Assembly (NCBI RefSeq): GCF_006345805.1
Contig: NC_043000.1
Span: 73,408,001-73,472,000, forward strand
Direction of reading: 5' to 3'
From: Octopus sinensis
Lineage: Eukaryota
DNA: 64,000 nt
The first letter of the stretch is position 1. Every line of letters starts with the position of its first letter. The position numbers were made by a program, and so were the translations under genes. The notes beneath the pieces are model-generated. The model saw nothing but the letters and a program-made list of their open reading frames with translations, did not search any database and was not told where the DNA came from. Positions 23,306-37,330 of this stretch are shown one piece after another.

Positions 23306-25596
23306 TATTTTTTCCCTGATTTTTTAATACAGTCAGATATTTTTGTCATAATGTTTTCATTTTCACAAGTAAGTGCTGATTTTCACTTTTATATTTCATA
23401 ACGATTATCTGACTTACCACCATCAAGATTTATATAAAAATAAATCTAAAGGAATCCTCTACCTGTATATATGATTATCAACACAACTTGAGTTATAGCT
23501 CTCAAGCACATTAACTAGATCAAGGGCAATGAAAAAAATGCAGGATAAACTTTGTGAATGGGTGGAAATACCAGGGTGTTTGAAGGACCCTAACATCTTT
23601 GGTAAGTGTCAGATTTTCATTAAAACTCTGACAACAAAGCTCACATCCAGAACTCTCAAAGGATATATAATTTTCCAAGGAAAATGGGTATTTTGCCATG
23701 AAAATGATGTACCAAAAAATGGGATTTTGTGTGGTCAAATTGTTTGTCAGCCCTTCCACAGAGTTTTCCAAGGATACTTATTAAATTTATGGTAAGGCTC
23801 CAAACTTGGAGAAGATTCAGTTTAAACCCCATACCAGTGTATCAAAACTGAGCCCCCTAAAGATAACGGATCACAATGCTTGCAATAGCTGTAATAATTT
23901 CATTCGACCATTTGTTACACTTAACAAAATAGGCTTTGCATAAATATTTTAAATATTGCCAAAATAAAAGATTGTTCTTTCCAAGAACCTGAAAAAAATT
24001 AGGCAACTACTAGGTCACTGTTAATTTGTGTAATTTGAAGCTGATTATCACCTCAGTTTCAAAGATATGACATCACAAATATAATGACTTATTCATTTAC
24101 AACAAATTAAGAAAATTTCAGCCATTTCACTGACCATTCAAATTGTCATATTTCTTAAAATATTCTTCCAAATTTCACAAATGAGGTATCAAAATGTTTC
24201 TTTTTGGATGCTCTCCAAGAAAAAGTACAGTAGAAATTACGTTTAAATATTTTACCTGCTGATACCAGTCACCTTTCAGTGTGTACTAATTTTTACATGG
24301 CACCAATACTAGTGTAGACCACCCTCTAACTTGCAAGACTAACTATGGGAGAATAGAAGAGAGAGGGTGTGATGGTTCTGGTCAGATGGATGAGGATGCA
24401 TAAAGAAGAGGAGAACAGATTTAAGGTTGTGATAGGGTGGTATTGGAGAGCAATAGAGCAGCTGAGCAGAGGTCAATTGAGAGAGGCTGTATGGTGGGGA
24501 ACAGGGGAAAGGGAAGGTGTTAGAGTTATTGAGATAAATGAAGGGCAGTCTGGAAAGGGGAGTGGTTTTTTATTGTGAGGGTAACTACTCATAGAAGGTA
24601 TGAGGGAAAGGAGGGCAGGGCAGGAAGGGAGAAATAGACTAGGATGGTGAGAATCCTGAGTCTGTAAAGGAAGGCAAGGTGTGGGGTTGACCAGAGGAGG
24701 GGGAAGGGGGTTTGATGAGGTAGAGAGTAGAAGATAGTGGGTGAGTGCAGAGAGGACAATAAGGGAAAGATAGGCAGAATGTGAATGTGGAGAGGACAGT
24801 GCAAGTGAGGGAGAAGGGGGGTGGGTGGATGATTTGTGAGAAAGAAGGCTAAAGCGGGACTCTAGAAGTATGAGTGCTTATAGTGTGATAAAGGTGGCAA
24901 TAACAGTGACCTGGTAGAGAATGAACTGGCTGGTAGAACAGCAGTACAAGTGTAACAGATGAGTGACTATTAGTAATAAAGAGGCAGGAGTAATGGAGGG
25001 GAGCTTGAGTGTGGGGATCATGGCGAAAGGTTGATCAGGTGGATTTAACAGGAATACACACACACACATATGTATCACCATCAGCATTTAATGTCCATTT
25101 CCATGCTGGATTGGAGTGGACAGTTCAACAGGATCTGCTGAGCTGGAGGACTGTATCAGGCTCCAATGTCATCTATGGCTTGATGCCCCTTCGAATGCTA
25201 ATCACTTTACAGAGCTACTAGGTGCATTTTTCATGGCATGATACTAGTGAAGTCACCAAGTAACTCACAAGACAAAAATAAATTAAAAAAACACTTTGAC
25301 TGAGTGAGGATGTAGTAGAGAGGAAGGTGGCTTTATGCCAGGAGTTAAGAGGCTAGAGAATGATAGGGACAGAAATAGATGTTTTGCTTTAGAGGAGGGA
25401 CACACCTGCTCTGCAGACATGGTGTGAGTAACTAAAAAGGGAGATAAAGAAGGTGACATGGTGTCAGAGTGGTTTTCTCTGTGTGCACAACCTGAATATC
25501 CTACTGGATATTTAATTGACTATAGGTGGTGACCACAGGTTTATCCAAACCTACCAGTGCATATTCTTTTAAATACCTGAATTTGTCAAGTACAGG

Positions 25597-26195
25597 AATG
25601 GCTGTGTGGTAAGCAGCTTGCTTACCAACCACATGGTTCTGGGTTCAGTCCAATGTGTGGCACCTTGGGCAAGTGTCTTCTACTATAACCTCGGGCTGAC
25701 CAAAGCCTTGTGAGTGGATTTGGTTGACAGAAACTGAAAGAAGCCCGTCGTATATGTGTGTGTGTGAACTGGCAGACACGTTAGCGCGCCGGGCGAAATG
25801 CTTAGCGGTATTTCGTCTGTCGTTACGTTCTGAGTTCAAATTCCGCCGAGGTCGACTTTGCCTTTCATCCTTTCATGGTCGATAGATAAAGTACCAGTTA
25901 CGCACTGGGGTCGATGTAATCGACTTTTGTCTGTCCTTGTTTATACACTCTATGTTTGGCCCCTTGTGGGCAATAAAGAAATATATGTGTGTGTGTGTTT
26001 GTATGTCTGTGTTTGTCCCCCCCCTGCCAACATCACTTGACAACCGATGCTGGTGTGTTTACATCCCCATAATGTAGCAGTTCGGCAAAAGAGAATGATA
26101 GAATAAGTACCAGGTGTACAAAAGAATAAGTCCTGTGGTCGATTTGCTCGGCTAAAGGCAGTGCTCCAGCATGGCTGCTGTCAAGTGACTGAAAC
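25597..26195 (+). mobile_element. SINE (29401 family) with a second SINE (20383 family) nested at ~25765-25975
   Basis: Head TGGCTGTGTGGTAAG...GGTTCAGTCC, then the foreign SINE inside the (TG)n tract, then the original tail ending GACTGAAACA. Confidence 0.85.
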
Positions 26196-26201
26196 AAACA
26201 A

Positions 26202-26234
<33 letters not shown>

Positions 26235-26499
26235 CAAAAGGATGTGTTATAATACTATTCCACATATAAAAACAGCCATACCAGCAATCCAACACAGCTC
26301 CATCATCAACTGTCCCATGGATATCATTATGGTTTTAACACCTGGGCAGTACCATTCAATCCAGCAGTATCAACAGCACTAAAATAAGTATTGTTTAGGA
26401 ATAGACATACCAAAGAAACCATACCTTTCAAACATATTTACCCTATGTACAACAGTGTTGGTAAAAAAATTTAATAAATAAATCTATAACCAACTCCTA

Positions 26500-27585
26500 A
26501 ACGTTTTTTCCTGTATATTTTCAGGGTGATTGCCCTGCTTGATATGTAGAAAAAGTGTTGGTAGAAACTCTATACTCCATACAGTGTACCAGGTGCAAGT
26601 TATAAAATGCAGTAGTATCAGAAGATTTACAAAGAAAGTTGTCTGTGTGTGGCAGATGAGCTGGTATAATAAACACTAGGAATGTGCAGAAAATAGACTC
26701 CCTCAAATGCCTGGGGGATCATTAGAAGTAGTGGATAGCTTCTGTTACCTAGGAGACCTTGTTAACAGTGGAGGAGGAAGCTCTGAAAGTATAGTTCCTA
26801 GAATAAGAACAGGCTAGGTAAATTTCAGAGAGCTGGTAGCAAAAGGCCTCTCCATAGTGAAAGGCAGATTGTATGATGCCTGTGTACAAACAACCATGAT
26901 GTATAGTAGTGAGACATGGGCTGTGACTACTGAGGACATGCAGTGGTTTGAAAGAAATGAAGCCAGCATGCTCTGCTAGAACGGTAATGTTAGTGTGTGC
27001 ATATGACAGAGTATAACTGATGTAAGAGAAAAATTGGGTATAAGAGGTATCAGTTGTAGTATGCAAGAAAGAAGACTGCACTGGTATGGTAATGTGATGG
27101 ATATGGGTGAGGAGAGCTGCATAAAGAAGTGCCTATCTTTAATTGTGGACGGAACCTGTGGAAGGGGTAGACCCATAGAAGATGTGGGATGAAGTAATGT
27201 CTTCAGACGCTAGTCCTTACTGAGATGACAAGGGATCAAGACTTCTGGAGATTTACTGTGCTTAAAAAGATGCATATAACTAAGTAAAATCGTTGCCATC
27301 TATAGATACAGGCATGTCCTATCAGCCGAGATGTCCTTGGCTTGCAGGTGTTGGTGCCACATAAAAGCACTTGTATCAGTTCCACATAGGAAAGAACCAT
27401 TTCATGACCATGTAAAAGCACTTGTGCCAATGTCACATATACAACACCCAGTGCACTCTGTAAAATGGTTGACATCCAGAAGGGCATCCAGTTGTAGAAA
27501 CCATACCAAAACAGACAACTGGAGCTTAGGCAGCTCTGTCCAACCCATACAAGCATGGAAAACAGACATTAAATGATGATGATGA
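26500..27585 (+). mobile_element. Degenerate 5'-truncated RTE LINE
   Basis: LEVVDSFCYLGD and RLYDACV remnants, a 3' UTR and a (GAT)n tail. Confidence 0.85.
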
Positions 27586-27949
27586 CAAAGCCAAAACAAT
27601 GCAACTTAGAAAAAATAATGCAAGTTGATGGTTTTAACTTTTGCATTGTATTTCATTTTCTTTGGGCTTACATATTTAAAAAAAGCAAGTTGAAAATACA
27701 CTTGGATTCATTTAGATTTTTTGGTTTTCAATTTTTAAAGACTTAGCCAGTTTCACAGATTTTTCTGATTTTCAAAAGTTGAGATAGAAAGACTTGGACC
27801 TATGCTGTAACTGTCTTGCTTCTGATTGGAGTTCAAAAATTCTCTTGTTTTTATAGAGAAAACATGGCTCAAATCTGTTTTGGATACAATTTGATTTGCC
27901 AAGGATGATCGCATCTGTTCTGTTGTCTATTAACATTGACAGATATTTT

Positions 27950-30900
27950 ATTTCAAGTAGTATTTGTTTTAATTACTGGACTCTTTTATTGAGTTTCAGT
28001 TTGAAACGATTGTACAGATTCTTCTTACTACATTAAGTGAGATATTAGTCTTGTGTTTGGGATGGCCTTAGGAGAACAACAGGTATTGTTTAGAATCTGC
28101 TGGTTTGTAATAAATATCTATTTCAATGTTTTTATCTGTCTTGGAGCTGAGTTTTACTGTATTCCATGGTGAAATTAATACTGTGGTTTATGATGTTAAT
28201 TCGGTGTTTGAAATCAATAAGCCAGTCAAATGTGTGCACCCATAGTAACGTTTCCAGTTTTCTAGTAAATATTTATGGAAGTCTAAGCCATATTTTAATT
28301 TAGATTGTTCATATATCTGGACCTCCATATGTTCCATGACTAGATTCGCATAAATTGGAGCAACTTTTGTACCTGTCGCATTCCAAGATATTTGTTTGTA
28401 AATATTGCCATGAAAGTCAAGAATGTTGTTTGCAAGGATGAAACTTTTTTCAGTTCTATCTGGGATTTCATGATGGAAGTTTTATAGCCAGAAACCAATT
28501 GCCTCTTGTCCATTTTATGTGGGATCATGTTATAAAGATTTACTACATCAAATGATGTAGTAAATCTTTGATGTACTACAGGTATCTTTGTTGATGGCTT
28601 TAGGGAAGTTGGTTTAACAGGTTCAGGTCATCCCTTACAAGATTCAGTATGTATTTTAGAATAGGTTTCAATAATATATCTAAAAAAAATTGCTGAGTCT
28701 CTGTGTTTCACAGTTTAGACCTACTACAATTGGTCTAAGTTTAAGGTCAGTGGGTTGTTGTATTTTTTACTTAATGGTCTGGTTCTTGTGAATTTGGGGC
28801 AGACTGTAGAAGTAGCTAGTTTTGCATTCAGAATGAGTTAGGTTGTCACATTCATTGTTCATTAAACCTTTTTGGTATCAGTGAATGAGTGTTTTCAGTT
28901 TTGTCATTGTCTTTGATCTTTAGTACTTGTTTACTTTTCATAATTAGTAATATCTTGTAGTAGAGATAATATAGCACTTTTGTTGTGTTCACCATCCATA
29001 ATAATTACAGCACTTCCCTCATCTGCTTCCTTAATTATAATGTCATTTTGGTTTTTGAGTTCAACTGGTATTGGATTTGATTTTAGAGTGTAGTAGGGGA
29101 AGACGGATATTAAATCACAAAATTTATCTAATACTTTATTCTTACCTTTCATAGGCTTGTTATTGCCTTTCTTTCTTACATTTGATTTGTACTGTTTTCT
29201 TTATCAAATAATTCCTCTGTTAGGCACAATTTTCTACAAAATTATGAAATATCATTCTGTATTTCATTGTAGTTAGGGTATTGTGGTGTAAATTTTAGAC
29301 CTTTTGAAAGAATATTAATTTCTTGTACTGAAAGGTTTTTTTTTGGATAGGTTAATTATTTTTGGTTTCTGATCTGCAGTTTGGACCTTTGGGTATACTC
29401 TTTTACTCTTTTACTCTTTTATTTGTTTCAGTCATTTGACTGCGGCCATGCTGGAGCACCGCCTTTAGTCGAGCAAATCGACCCCAGGACTTATTCTTTG
29501 GAAGCCTAGTACTTATTCTTATCGGTCTCTTATGCCGAACCGCAAAGTTACGGGGACATAAACACACCAGCATCGGTTGTCAAGCGATGTTGGGGGGGAC
29601 AAACAGACACACACACATATATATATATATACATATACATATATACGACGGGCTTCTTTCAGTTTCCGTCTACCAAATCCACTCACAAGGCTCTGGTCGG
29701 CCCGAGGCTATAGTAGAAGACACTTGCCCAAGATGCCACGCAGTGGGACTGAACCCGGAGCCATGTGGTTGGTAAGCAAGCTACTTACCACACAGCCGCT
29801 CCTGAGAGTATGTGCATCTCTCCCAAAATTGTTTTGGTGCAGTTTTCCCAATACCCTATATTGTAGAGATCTAGGGACGAAGGAAACCTATAAATGTTAT
29901 ACTATATTGTGTATATATTTGTGTGTGTGTGTGTATTTCCCTATCTATAATTCTAAAATTCTGTATTTCGGTTATCTTTTACTAGTTTCAGTCATTAGAC
30001 TGCAGCCATGCTGGGGCACCACCTTGAGTTTTAGTCGAACAAATCGACCTCAGAATTTTTTTTCTAAAGCCTGGTACTTATTCTATCAGTGTCATTGCCG
30101 GACTGCTAGATAACAGGGACATAAACACACCAACACCATGAGAATTCTTTTGGCTGGGTCTAAAAAATCTATCTTTTTTTAAATTTGTCTTATGTATCCA
30201 TTGATATTTTCTCTGTTATGTGCTCTTTTATATTGTCTTTGTACATTTGTTGGTCTGGATTATAGTTGTTTCTTTCTATATTTGTTTTTTAAGTTGTTGT
30301 TTTTTTATCTATTGTGTATGTTGTAGTCTTCAGTTCTGGAAAGGGTTCAGTTTAGCCGGTGGGAGAACTTTGATTTTTTTAGTTGGAGTTCTGGAATTGT
30401 CTGTATGGATTTGGTGGATAAAATTTCCACTTTTAAGTACTTTAGTAGTTGATTGTGAATGGGATTTGTGAATTTTAACTTTTCTTCAGGAATGGTTGTC
30501 AGTAGAGTACTCGTTTTTTAATTAAGATTCATTATTGGAGTACCAAAGAACCTTTTTCTCCCAACATTGAAGTGATGTTAATTCTGCATTTTGGCATTTT
30601 TCTCTCAAAAGTTTAATAGTGTTTTCTTGGAGTAGATCTTCAGATGCTTTCGAAATTTCTCTTTGCATTTGTGCATCTTGAATTTTCTTCATTGGAATTT
30701 GTTCTTAATCATAATAGTTGAGTTTCCATTTGCAATTTATCATGAGCCATCTTTTCTCAAAATTTTTGCTGTTCAGGTTTATTAAGGACATGTTTTATTT
30801 GTAGTTTGGTGGGGAGAATGGTCAGTGCTGTATTGAGCTACTTTTCATATATTTCTGCTTATATGAGCCTAAACCTCTCAGCCCACAAAAGGCAAATTTG

Positions 30901-30950
30901 TGGGCTGTGAGGTTTTGGTTCCATATATGCTTAAGAGTGTTTTTTATTGT
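27950..30950 (-). mobile_element. Degenerate Penelope-like element interrupted by SINEs
   Basis: QEINILSKGLKFTP (~29285-29330) and LKNQNDIIIKEADEGSAVIIMD (~28990-29060) are the canonical Penelope pre-RT motifs. Boundaries are approximate. Confidence 0.75.
29401..29803 (-). mobile_element. Full-length tRNA-derived SINE with an (AAAAGAGT)n-like tail
   Basis: Minus-strand head GGCTGTGTGGTAAGTAGC...GGTTCAGTCCC, a central (TA/TG) microsatellite and a TTTTACTC repeat tail. Confidence 0.9.
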
Positions 30951-31717
30951 AAATAGTTGTCATTGCAGATTGACGTTGTGTTCTTGTTTTATTTTGAGAG
31001 TTTGTTCTGGTTTCTGGAGCATTACTGTTTTACATAACTGGTTTTGGATTTGGATAACCACTGCCTCTTCATTTTTTTAATTCCTACTTCAAGAGATTTA
31101 GTGTAGATCTGTATCTGGTTGATTTTGTTGGATACAATCAAGAGCTTAGATCTATTTCTACACATGTGGAATAAAATAACTTTGTTTTCTATGTATGCTC
31201 ACTACACAAGGAACAAAAATGTCACAAAATGTCCCAGTGCATTTTCAACTTCTTTTTGTACATTTGTACCTGTGTGGAATAAAATAACTTTGTTTTACAG
31301 AGAGAGAGAGGGAGAGTTTTACTCTGTAACAAGCTCTGTCATGAATTTGATTGCTAATTACATTTTCTACTTTTCAAAGAACCCAGTGCTCCAGTGGATC
31401 AAAAAGCTGCCGAAATTACTATGGTTCGTATAATCTAACTTTATTTCTTAATTTCAATTTTGTAAATATAATAATGTGTGTCTATAAATATGTATGTCTC
31501 TGCATGCAGTGAATTTTTTCAAGTTTGCTTTGCATTCAAGAAATCCCAGATTCAATCTTATTACATGGCAAATGGAAATTTTTCTTTTTTTGCCCTAGGC
31601 TGTGTCAGCCCAGGCTTATGAGAGAAATTGAGGAGATGAAAGCTGTGTGGAAGCCGATCAAATTAGATGTACTATAATTCAATTGTATAACTTTATCATG
31701 CACTATAGCATACTGAT

Positions 31718-32048
31718 AGTGAAGACGCGTGGCTTAGTGGTTAGGGCATTCGACTGACGATTGTAAGGTCGTGAGTTCGATTCCCGGCGACGCGTTGTGT
31801 CCTTGAGCAAGACACTTTATTTCACGTTGCTCCAGTCCACTCAGCTGGCAAAAATGAGTTGTACCTGTATTTCAAAGGGCCGGCCTGGTCACACTCTGTG
31901 TCACGCTGAATCTCCCTGAGAACTACGTTAAGGGTACTCGTGTCTGTGGATTGCTCAGTCACTTGCATGTTAATTCCACGAGCAAGCTGTTCCGTTGATC
32001 GTATCAGCTGGGACCCTCATCGTCGTAACCGACGGAGTGCTCCTAAGA
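31718..32048 (+). mobile_element. tRNA-derived SINE with an 11-bp TSD
   Basis: TSD AGCATACTGAT at 31707-31717 and 32049-32059. A box TGGCTTAGTGG and B box GTTCGATTCC. Confidence 0.9.
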
Positions 32049-32458
32049 AGCATACTGATTCTGCCTAAGGATTATGTTAAAGATACATATTTATGATCTG
32101 CTCAGCTACTTGCATTCTAATTTATTTAGTAGGTAATTCACTTGATCAAACAGTTAAATTCACATTGGAAAAAGTAATGAAAATCCATCATCATCATCAT
32201 TTTAATGTCTACTTTTCAATATTTGCATGGGTCAGTTGAGGCATCACTAAGGCTGAATTTTCTAAAACCAGATACCCTTCTTGGCATCAATCCTTATCCA
32301 TTTCCAAACAAGGTAATAATTCCTTAGTCTATCAGACAACCAATACTCCAGGCATATTTTTGCAGAGGTCTGCAAATAAACATCATTTGTATGAATAGTG
32401 GGCAACATTTATGTTTATAATCAATACATGTTAACATGAAAGGAATATGCATTCAGTG

Positions 32459-32489
<31 letters not shown>

Positions 32490-32589
32490 AACACATACAA
32501 CAATGTTCAGTTTCCTTCTACCAAACTGCTCTCACATGCTATTGGTTTGCTCAAGTAGAGTGCATTGCCTGAGACAGCATCTATGAAGT

Positions 32590-32627
<38 letters not shown>

Positions 32628-32793
32628 TGAGATAGGGGTTGTGAGTGCAACCCACCATGGGATAACAAATATCCAATATACTGCCAGTAAAGCACCCAAC
32701 AAAGTTAATACATAAATGTTAAGAATTGCGATGCAATTAATTCATTTATTGTATTATATGGGCAAAGGTAAAATGTTTTACCACAAATTCATA

Positions 32794-32914
32794 ATACAAA
32801 ATAAGAAAATGGAGAAATACACCTTAATCAATGATCAACTACCACACATTATGTGAATGGGTATCATCTGGTAGTTGATTATTGATTAAGGTGTATTTCT
32901 CCATTTTCTTATTT

Positions 32915-32919
<5 letters not shown>
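32794..32919. repeat. Short hairpin element (51-bp arms, one mismatch, 24-nt loop)
   Basis: 32794-32844 is inverted at 32869-32919 and sits next to (TA)n. Confidence 0.85.
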
Positions 32920-32958
<39 letters not shown>

Positions 32959-33504
32959 GAGGAATGGAAAAATAAATTACGAAGGATATATCATAAACAA
33001 TTCATAATTATTTACGAATATATCAATGGCCAAACATGTAATCAAAAAATTTCATAAAAGAATTGTATAATTTTGAATAAATTACAATTATAATGGAGAG
33101 GATTGCAAAAATCCCTTACATGTCTAGAAATAGCAGTCAAAACTGCTATAAAGCCTCTATAACCACTCATATTTTATCTCTTCACAATAAAGCTGTCAGT
33201 GGGCAACATGGCATAAAATTCAAAGCTTAAATAAAAGGATAATTCTCTATTGAATTTTGAAGTTAGGAATTAAAACGGTTCCACTCATCTTTTCAGAACA
33301 TTCCTGTAGATACAAATTAACACAAAGAACATAGCTTGGGGCTTACATGTGTCCCGGCCAGCAAGAATAATGTGTCAACCTCTATCTACACATTCAAATT
33401 CTGAATTCCAGCATTTATAAGAAAAGGTTGGTAAATCGAGCCACAGCAATAACACTGGATATGAGTGAAAAATTAAATGATTAAAGAGAAATGTAAAAAT
33501 ACAT

Positions 33505-34087
33505 TCATCATCATCATCATCATCGTTTAGCGTCCGTTTTCCATGCTAGCATGGGTTGGACGGTTCTACTGGGGTCTGTGAAGCCAGAAGGCTTCATCAG
33601 GCCCAGTCAAATCTGGCAGTGTTTCTACGGCTGGATGCCCTTCCTAACGCCAACCACTCCGTGAGTGTAGTGGGTGCTTTTTACGTGCCACCCGCACTGG
33701 TGCCAGACAGAGCTGGCAAACGGCCACGAACGGATGGTGCTTTTTATGTGCCACCGGCACGAGGGCCAGGCGAGGCTGGCAACGGACACGAAACGGGGCG
33801 GTGCTGGCAACGGTCGCGAAACGGAAAGTTCTCTTACATGCCACCGGCACTGGTAACACATCTGCAATTTCCATTGATCAATTTCCATTGATCGATTTCG
33901 ATTCTGATCCTCACTTGCCTCAACGGGTCTTCACAAGTAGAGTTTCGACATGCCACCGGCACTGGTAACACATCCGCAATTTCCATTGATCGATTTCGAT
34001 TCTGATCCTCACTTGCCTCAACACGTCTTCACAAGTAGAGTTTTGTGTCCCAAGAAGGGAAGGTATGCATACGTAGGCTGGCTCCTA
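33505..34087 (-). mobile_element. RTE 3' UTR fragment with an internal ~110-bp tandem duplication
   Basis: (CAT)n tail, terminal segment and array units. ATGCCACCGGCACTGGTAACACATC... occurs twice. Confidence 0.9.
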
Positions 34088-34334
34088 TATCATAAACGGT
34101 TCATAATTATTTATGAATATATCAATAGCCAAATATGTAATCAAAAAATTTCATAAAAGAAGTACATATAATTATGAATAAATCACAATTATAATGGAGA
34201 GTGTTGCAAAATCCTTTACATGTTTAGAAATAGCAGGCAAAAACCACTATAAAGCCTCTATAACCACTCATATTTTATCTCTTCACAATAAAGTTTTCAG
34301 TGGGCAACATGACATAGAATTCAAAATTTATATA

Positions 34335-35110
34335 TATATACGGGATGTAATGGGTAAATTGTCACCGTTTTAATTTCATGTATGCACATTGTTTGTTTTT
34401 GATTTTGTCGATTACACAGTATAATAGGGTCAATTGGGCACCATCTGTGAGAAAAACAGCACCATGACATGTCTCACTCAGCCAGAAATTTGGAAACGAT
34501 ATGCTGTACTGCTTGGCATTTGTGCTGGAAGCTCCAGTACGAACATTTTAGAGTGTTTGGGTGTCAATCTGAGGACATGTACCAAGAGTGATAAAGATCA
34601 AGTATCTAGTCAATATCATGGTATTTGGAGTGATCACTAGTGATGGTGACGTTATGCTTCCATTCAACTTCCCACACAGCCTCAGACTCAATACGGAGGC
34701 CTACATCAAGTGCCTGGAGGAGGTAGTGCTGCCCTGGGTCAAGAGGGTCACTGCTGAAGACCCTATGTCTGGTAACAGGACTCTGCACCATGTCACACAA
34801 GCAGAAGAACCTAGTCATGGCTGTTAGACAATTTCTGCGACCACATCACCCCTAACATCTGGCCACTTAACTCCCCAGACTGCAACCCCCTTGATTATTA
34901 TGTGTAGGGTGCAGTTGAGTGAGAGACCAACAAAACTCCTTGCAACACCAAAGATGAACTGATGGCAAGGATTATGGCAGCATTCACCAACTTAAAGAAG
35001 GAGACCATCCAAAAGAGTTGCAGGAGATTCCAAAATCACCTGGAGGCCATGGTTGAAGCCAATGGTGATTTTATTGAATAAATTTACTCTTTAGTATTTC
35101 AAGATATTTT
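34335..35110 (+). mobile_element. Internally deleted Tc1/mariner-superfamily (maT/DD37D-like) remnant
   Basis: IMVFGVITSDGDVM, YIKCLEEVVLPW, W.QDSAPCH-like and WPLNSPDCNPLDY motifs. Confidence 0.75.
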
Positions 35111-35539
35111 TATGTAGTTTTGGTAAATATATCTATTAAACTGAGATGACAGTGTTATTTTCATTTTTGCATAATTTAGATGTATTTTTCTGCAGAATTA
35201 TTTCTGGTATTTTGGCACACCAAAATGAAGACTTTTGAAATATAACCCCAAATGTAATTGGTAGAACTATATGCATGTTCAATCTTATGCGGACATCTTG
35301 TGTATAGTTCTGCAAATTATATTTTGTTAAGATGATCACACTGATGAATTGCAGACATTTATGTAATTTTTATTGAGGACAATCCTTTTTTAGTGGTCAG
35401 ACCATATGGGGTCTACCTCTAGCATAATGGATGTTCACTTCGTGGTCATCCCTCTTATATGTATGTAACATAAATTTGTATGTAAGGTAGTGATGATATA
35501 GTGCAAAAATATGATAGTCTAGTGTATGCACGTTGAATT

Positions 35540-37330
35540 GAAGGCTATTGTTTGTTTATGAATTCTGCCAAATGTGAGCCTTCTTTTCAGGTACATGAAG
35601 CTGTTGTCCCCCGTGATTTTAAACCATTTTTTCCCAACCAAACAGTTTGCATGAGATCAAACTACCAGTTAGAACAACATCTCATGTCCTTTGATTCACA
35701 CCTTTTTCTTCAGTTAAGCAGTTTAGCACTAGAAATCAACCAGGTTTCTCATAGTATTTGAAAAGAACACAACTAGGCTCTTGCCAAGCAAAGCAAGGAC
35801 AAAGTTTCAACTAGATAACTAATGGCTTAGCAATCACAGTTAAGTTTATCACTATATACCCTTGTCTTTCAACCAGTGAGCACTTGATAATTTATGTATG
35901 CATTCATGTTCATCCTCCCCTATGATTAATACAACAATTACACCAAATGTGACAATATCAACCAATTGTTTTTTGAAGTTCTCAACCTCTCAAATGCGCC
36001 TCAAAATATTATGCAAACTTTTTGAAGAATTGAAAACAGAATCTCTAAGCCACTCAATATGGTTTCAAATGCCACAAAAAACTCAAAATCTTCCAGGATT
36101 GCAGTGAATCCTCTTGCCTGTGCTAATTCTGAAGCACTCCAATAATCTGGACTTTCTAATATGTTTGAAAATACCCCCCAAAAATACAGTAATTTTGTCA
36201 GACAAAATGGATACTTGTAGAGATACATGATTCCAATGAGTCTTAGGTAAATTTGGAAATTACCTTCCAATGATTTATTCCAGTAGCGCCATTCAAGCTG
36301 TCAACTTTGAGAAAAAAGTTGTAAGTCCTTTTAATGTTTGGAAGAAATTTCAATATTCACGAATACTTGAAGCTGATTGAAATTTACATAATGTACATAT
36401 ATGATGTTCGCACCAAAAATCTCCTTTATTCTTACTTGGACTCCATTCATCATGCCCAGCCATCATGCTCACTCCATCATAAATTTGTATTTTTGGCCAC
36501 AGTCAAATTCATTAACAAAATTTTGAACCTTTGTCAATGATGCTGCTTTTCTGTCTTTACTGATATTAATATATCCCCAAAAGCTTTCTTGAGCTTTTTC
36601 TTCTCATCAACAAATTGCAAAATGTGCAACAATTGAGATTTCATTTGAAGGTCTGTAGTCTCATCAAACAACAGTAGTAAATCTTTTTTTTTTTTTTATA
36701 TCATTACCTTAATTTCACCTTCACTTGTAGCATCTATACAATTAAATGATCTCATTTTCAGATCAGAAAATGTGCCATTCGCATTTTTCTTTGTGAAAAT
36801 GCAGTCTTAAACAATTATTGTCTTCTGCTACTGCTTCACATATAGCTTATTGTTTGATTCTTGACAGACAAAAATTTCAATACAATGAATTAACCTTTCC
36901 AATATATCATGATTTTTCTTGACTGATCTGTTATGAAACTGAACTGAAGCTGCTTTTCAGTGATTGATTGGTGTCTCAATTCATTGTCAGCCAAAGTTTT
37001 CAGAGCAGTTACAGAATTCAGATAGTTCTGAAATTCATGTGTTTTGTCAAAGCTGTAATGAAATTGTGAAAATCACAGTATGTTAATATGTTCTTATATT
37101 GACAAAATAATAGACATGGGAAGTCATTCATTCATACTGGAATCAAAATAATTATAACATCCCTTGATTTTGACTTTCATTTCAAACTTTGGCTTCTCTT
37201 TTCTGAGAATGATAATATTTCTTGTCTGCACAGCTTCTTGTTTGCAAAGTTTGGTTAAGTAGAGAAGAAACTGAGCTAATTGACTCTTTTCACAACCTGG
37301 TGGTGGATGAAAGCATGAAAATGTTACTGG
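35540..37330 (-). mobile_element. Degenerate hAT transposase remnant
   Basis: LLFDETTDLQMKSQL (~36630-36680) and FEFFVAFETILSGLEILFSILQK. Boundaries are approximate. Confidence 0.65.

Noticed and set aside
24340-25060. Purine-rich strand-asymmetric tracts (also ~43620-43980 and ~62000-62560)
   Set aside because: Probably old element debris; no motif, ORF or boundary could be supported.
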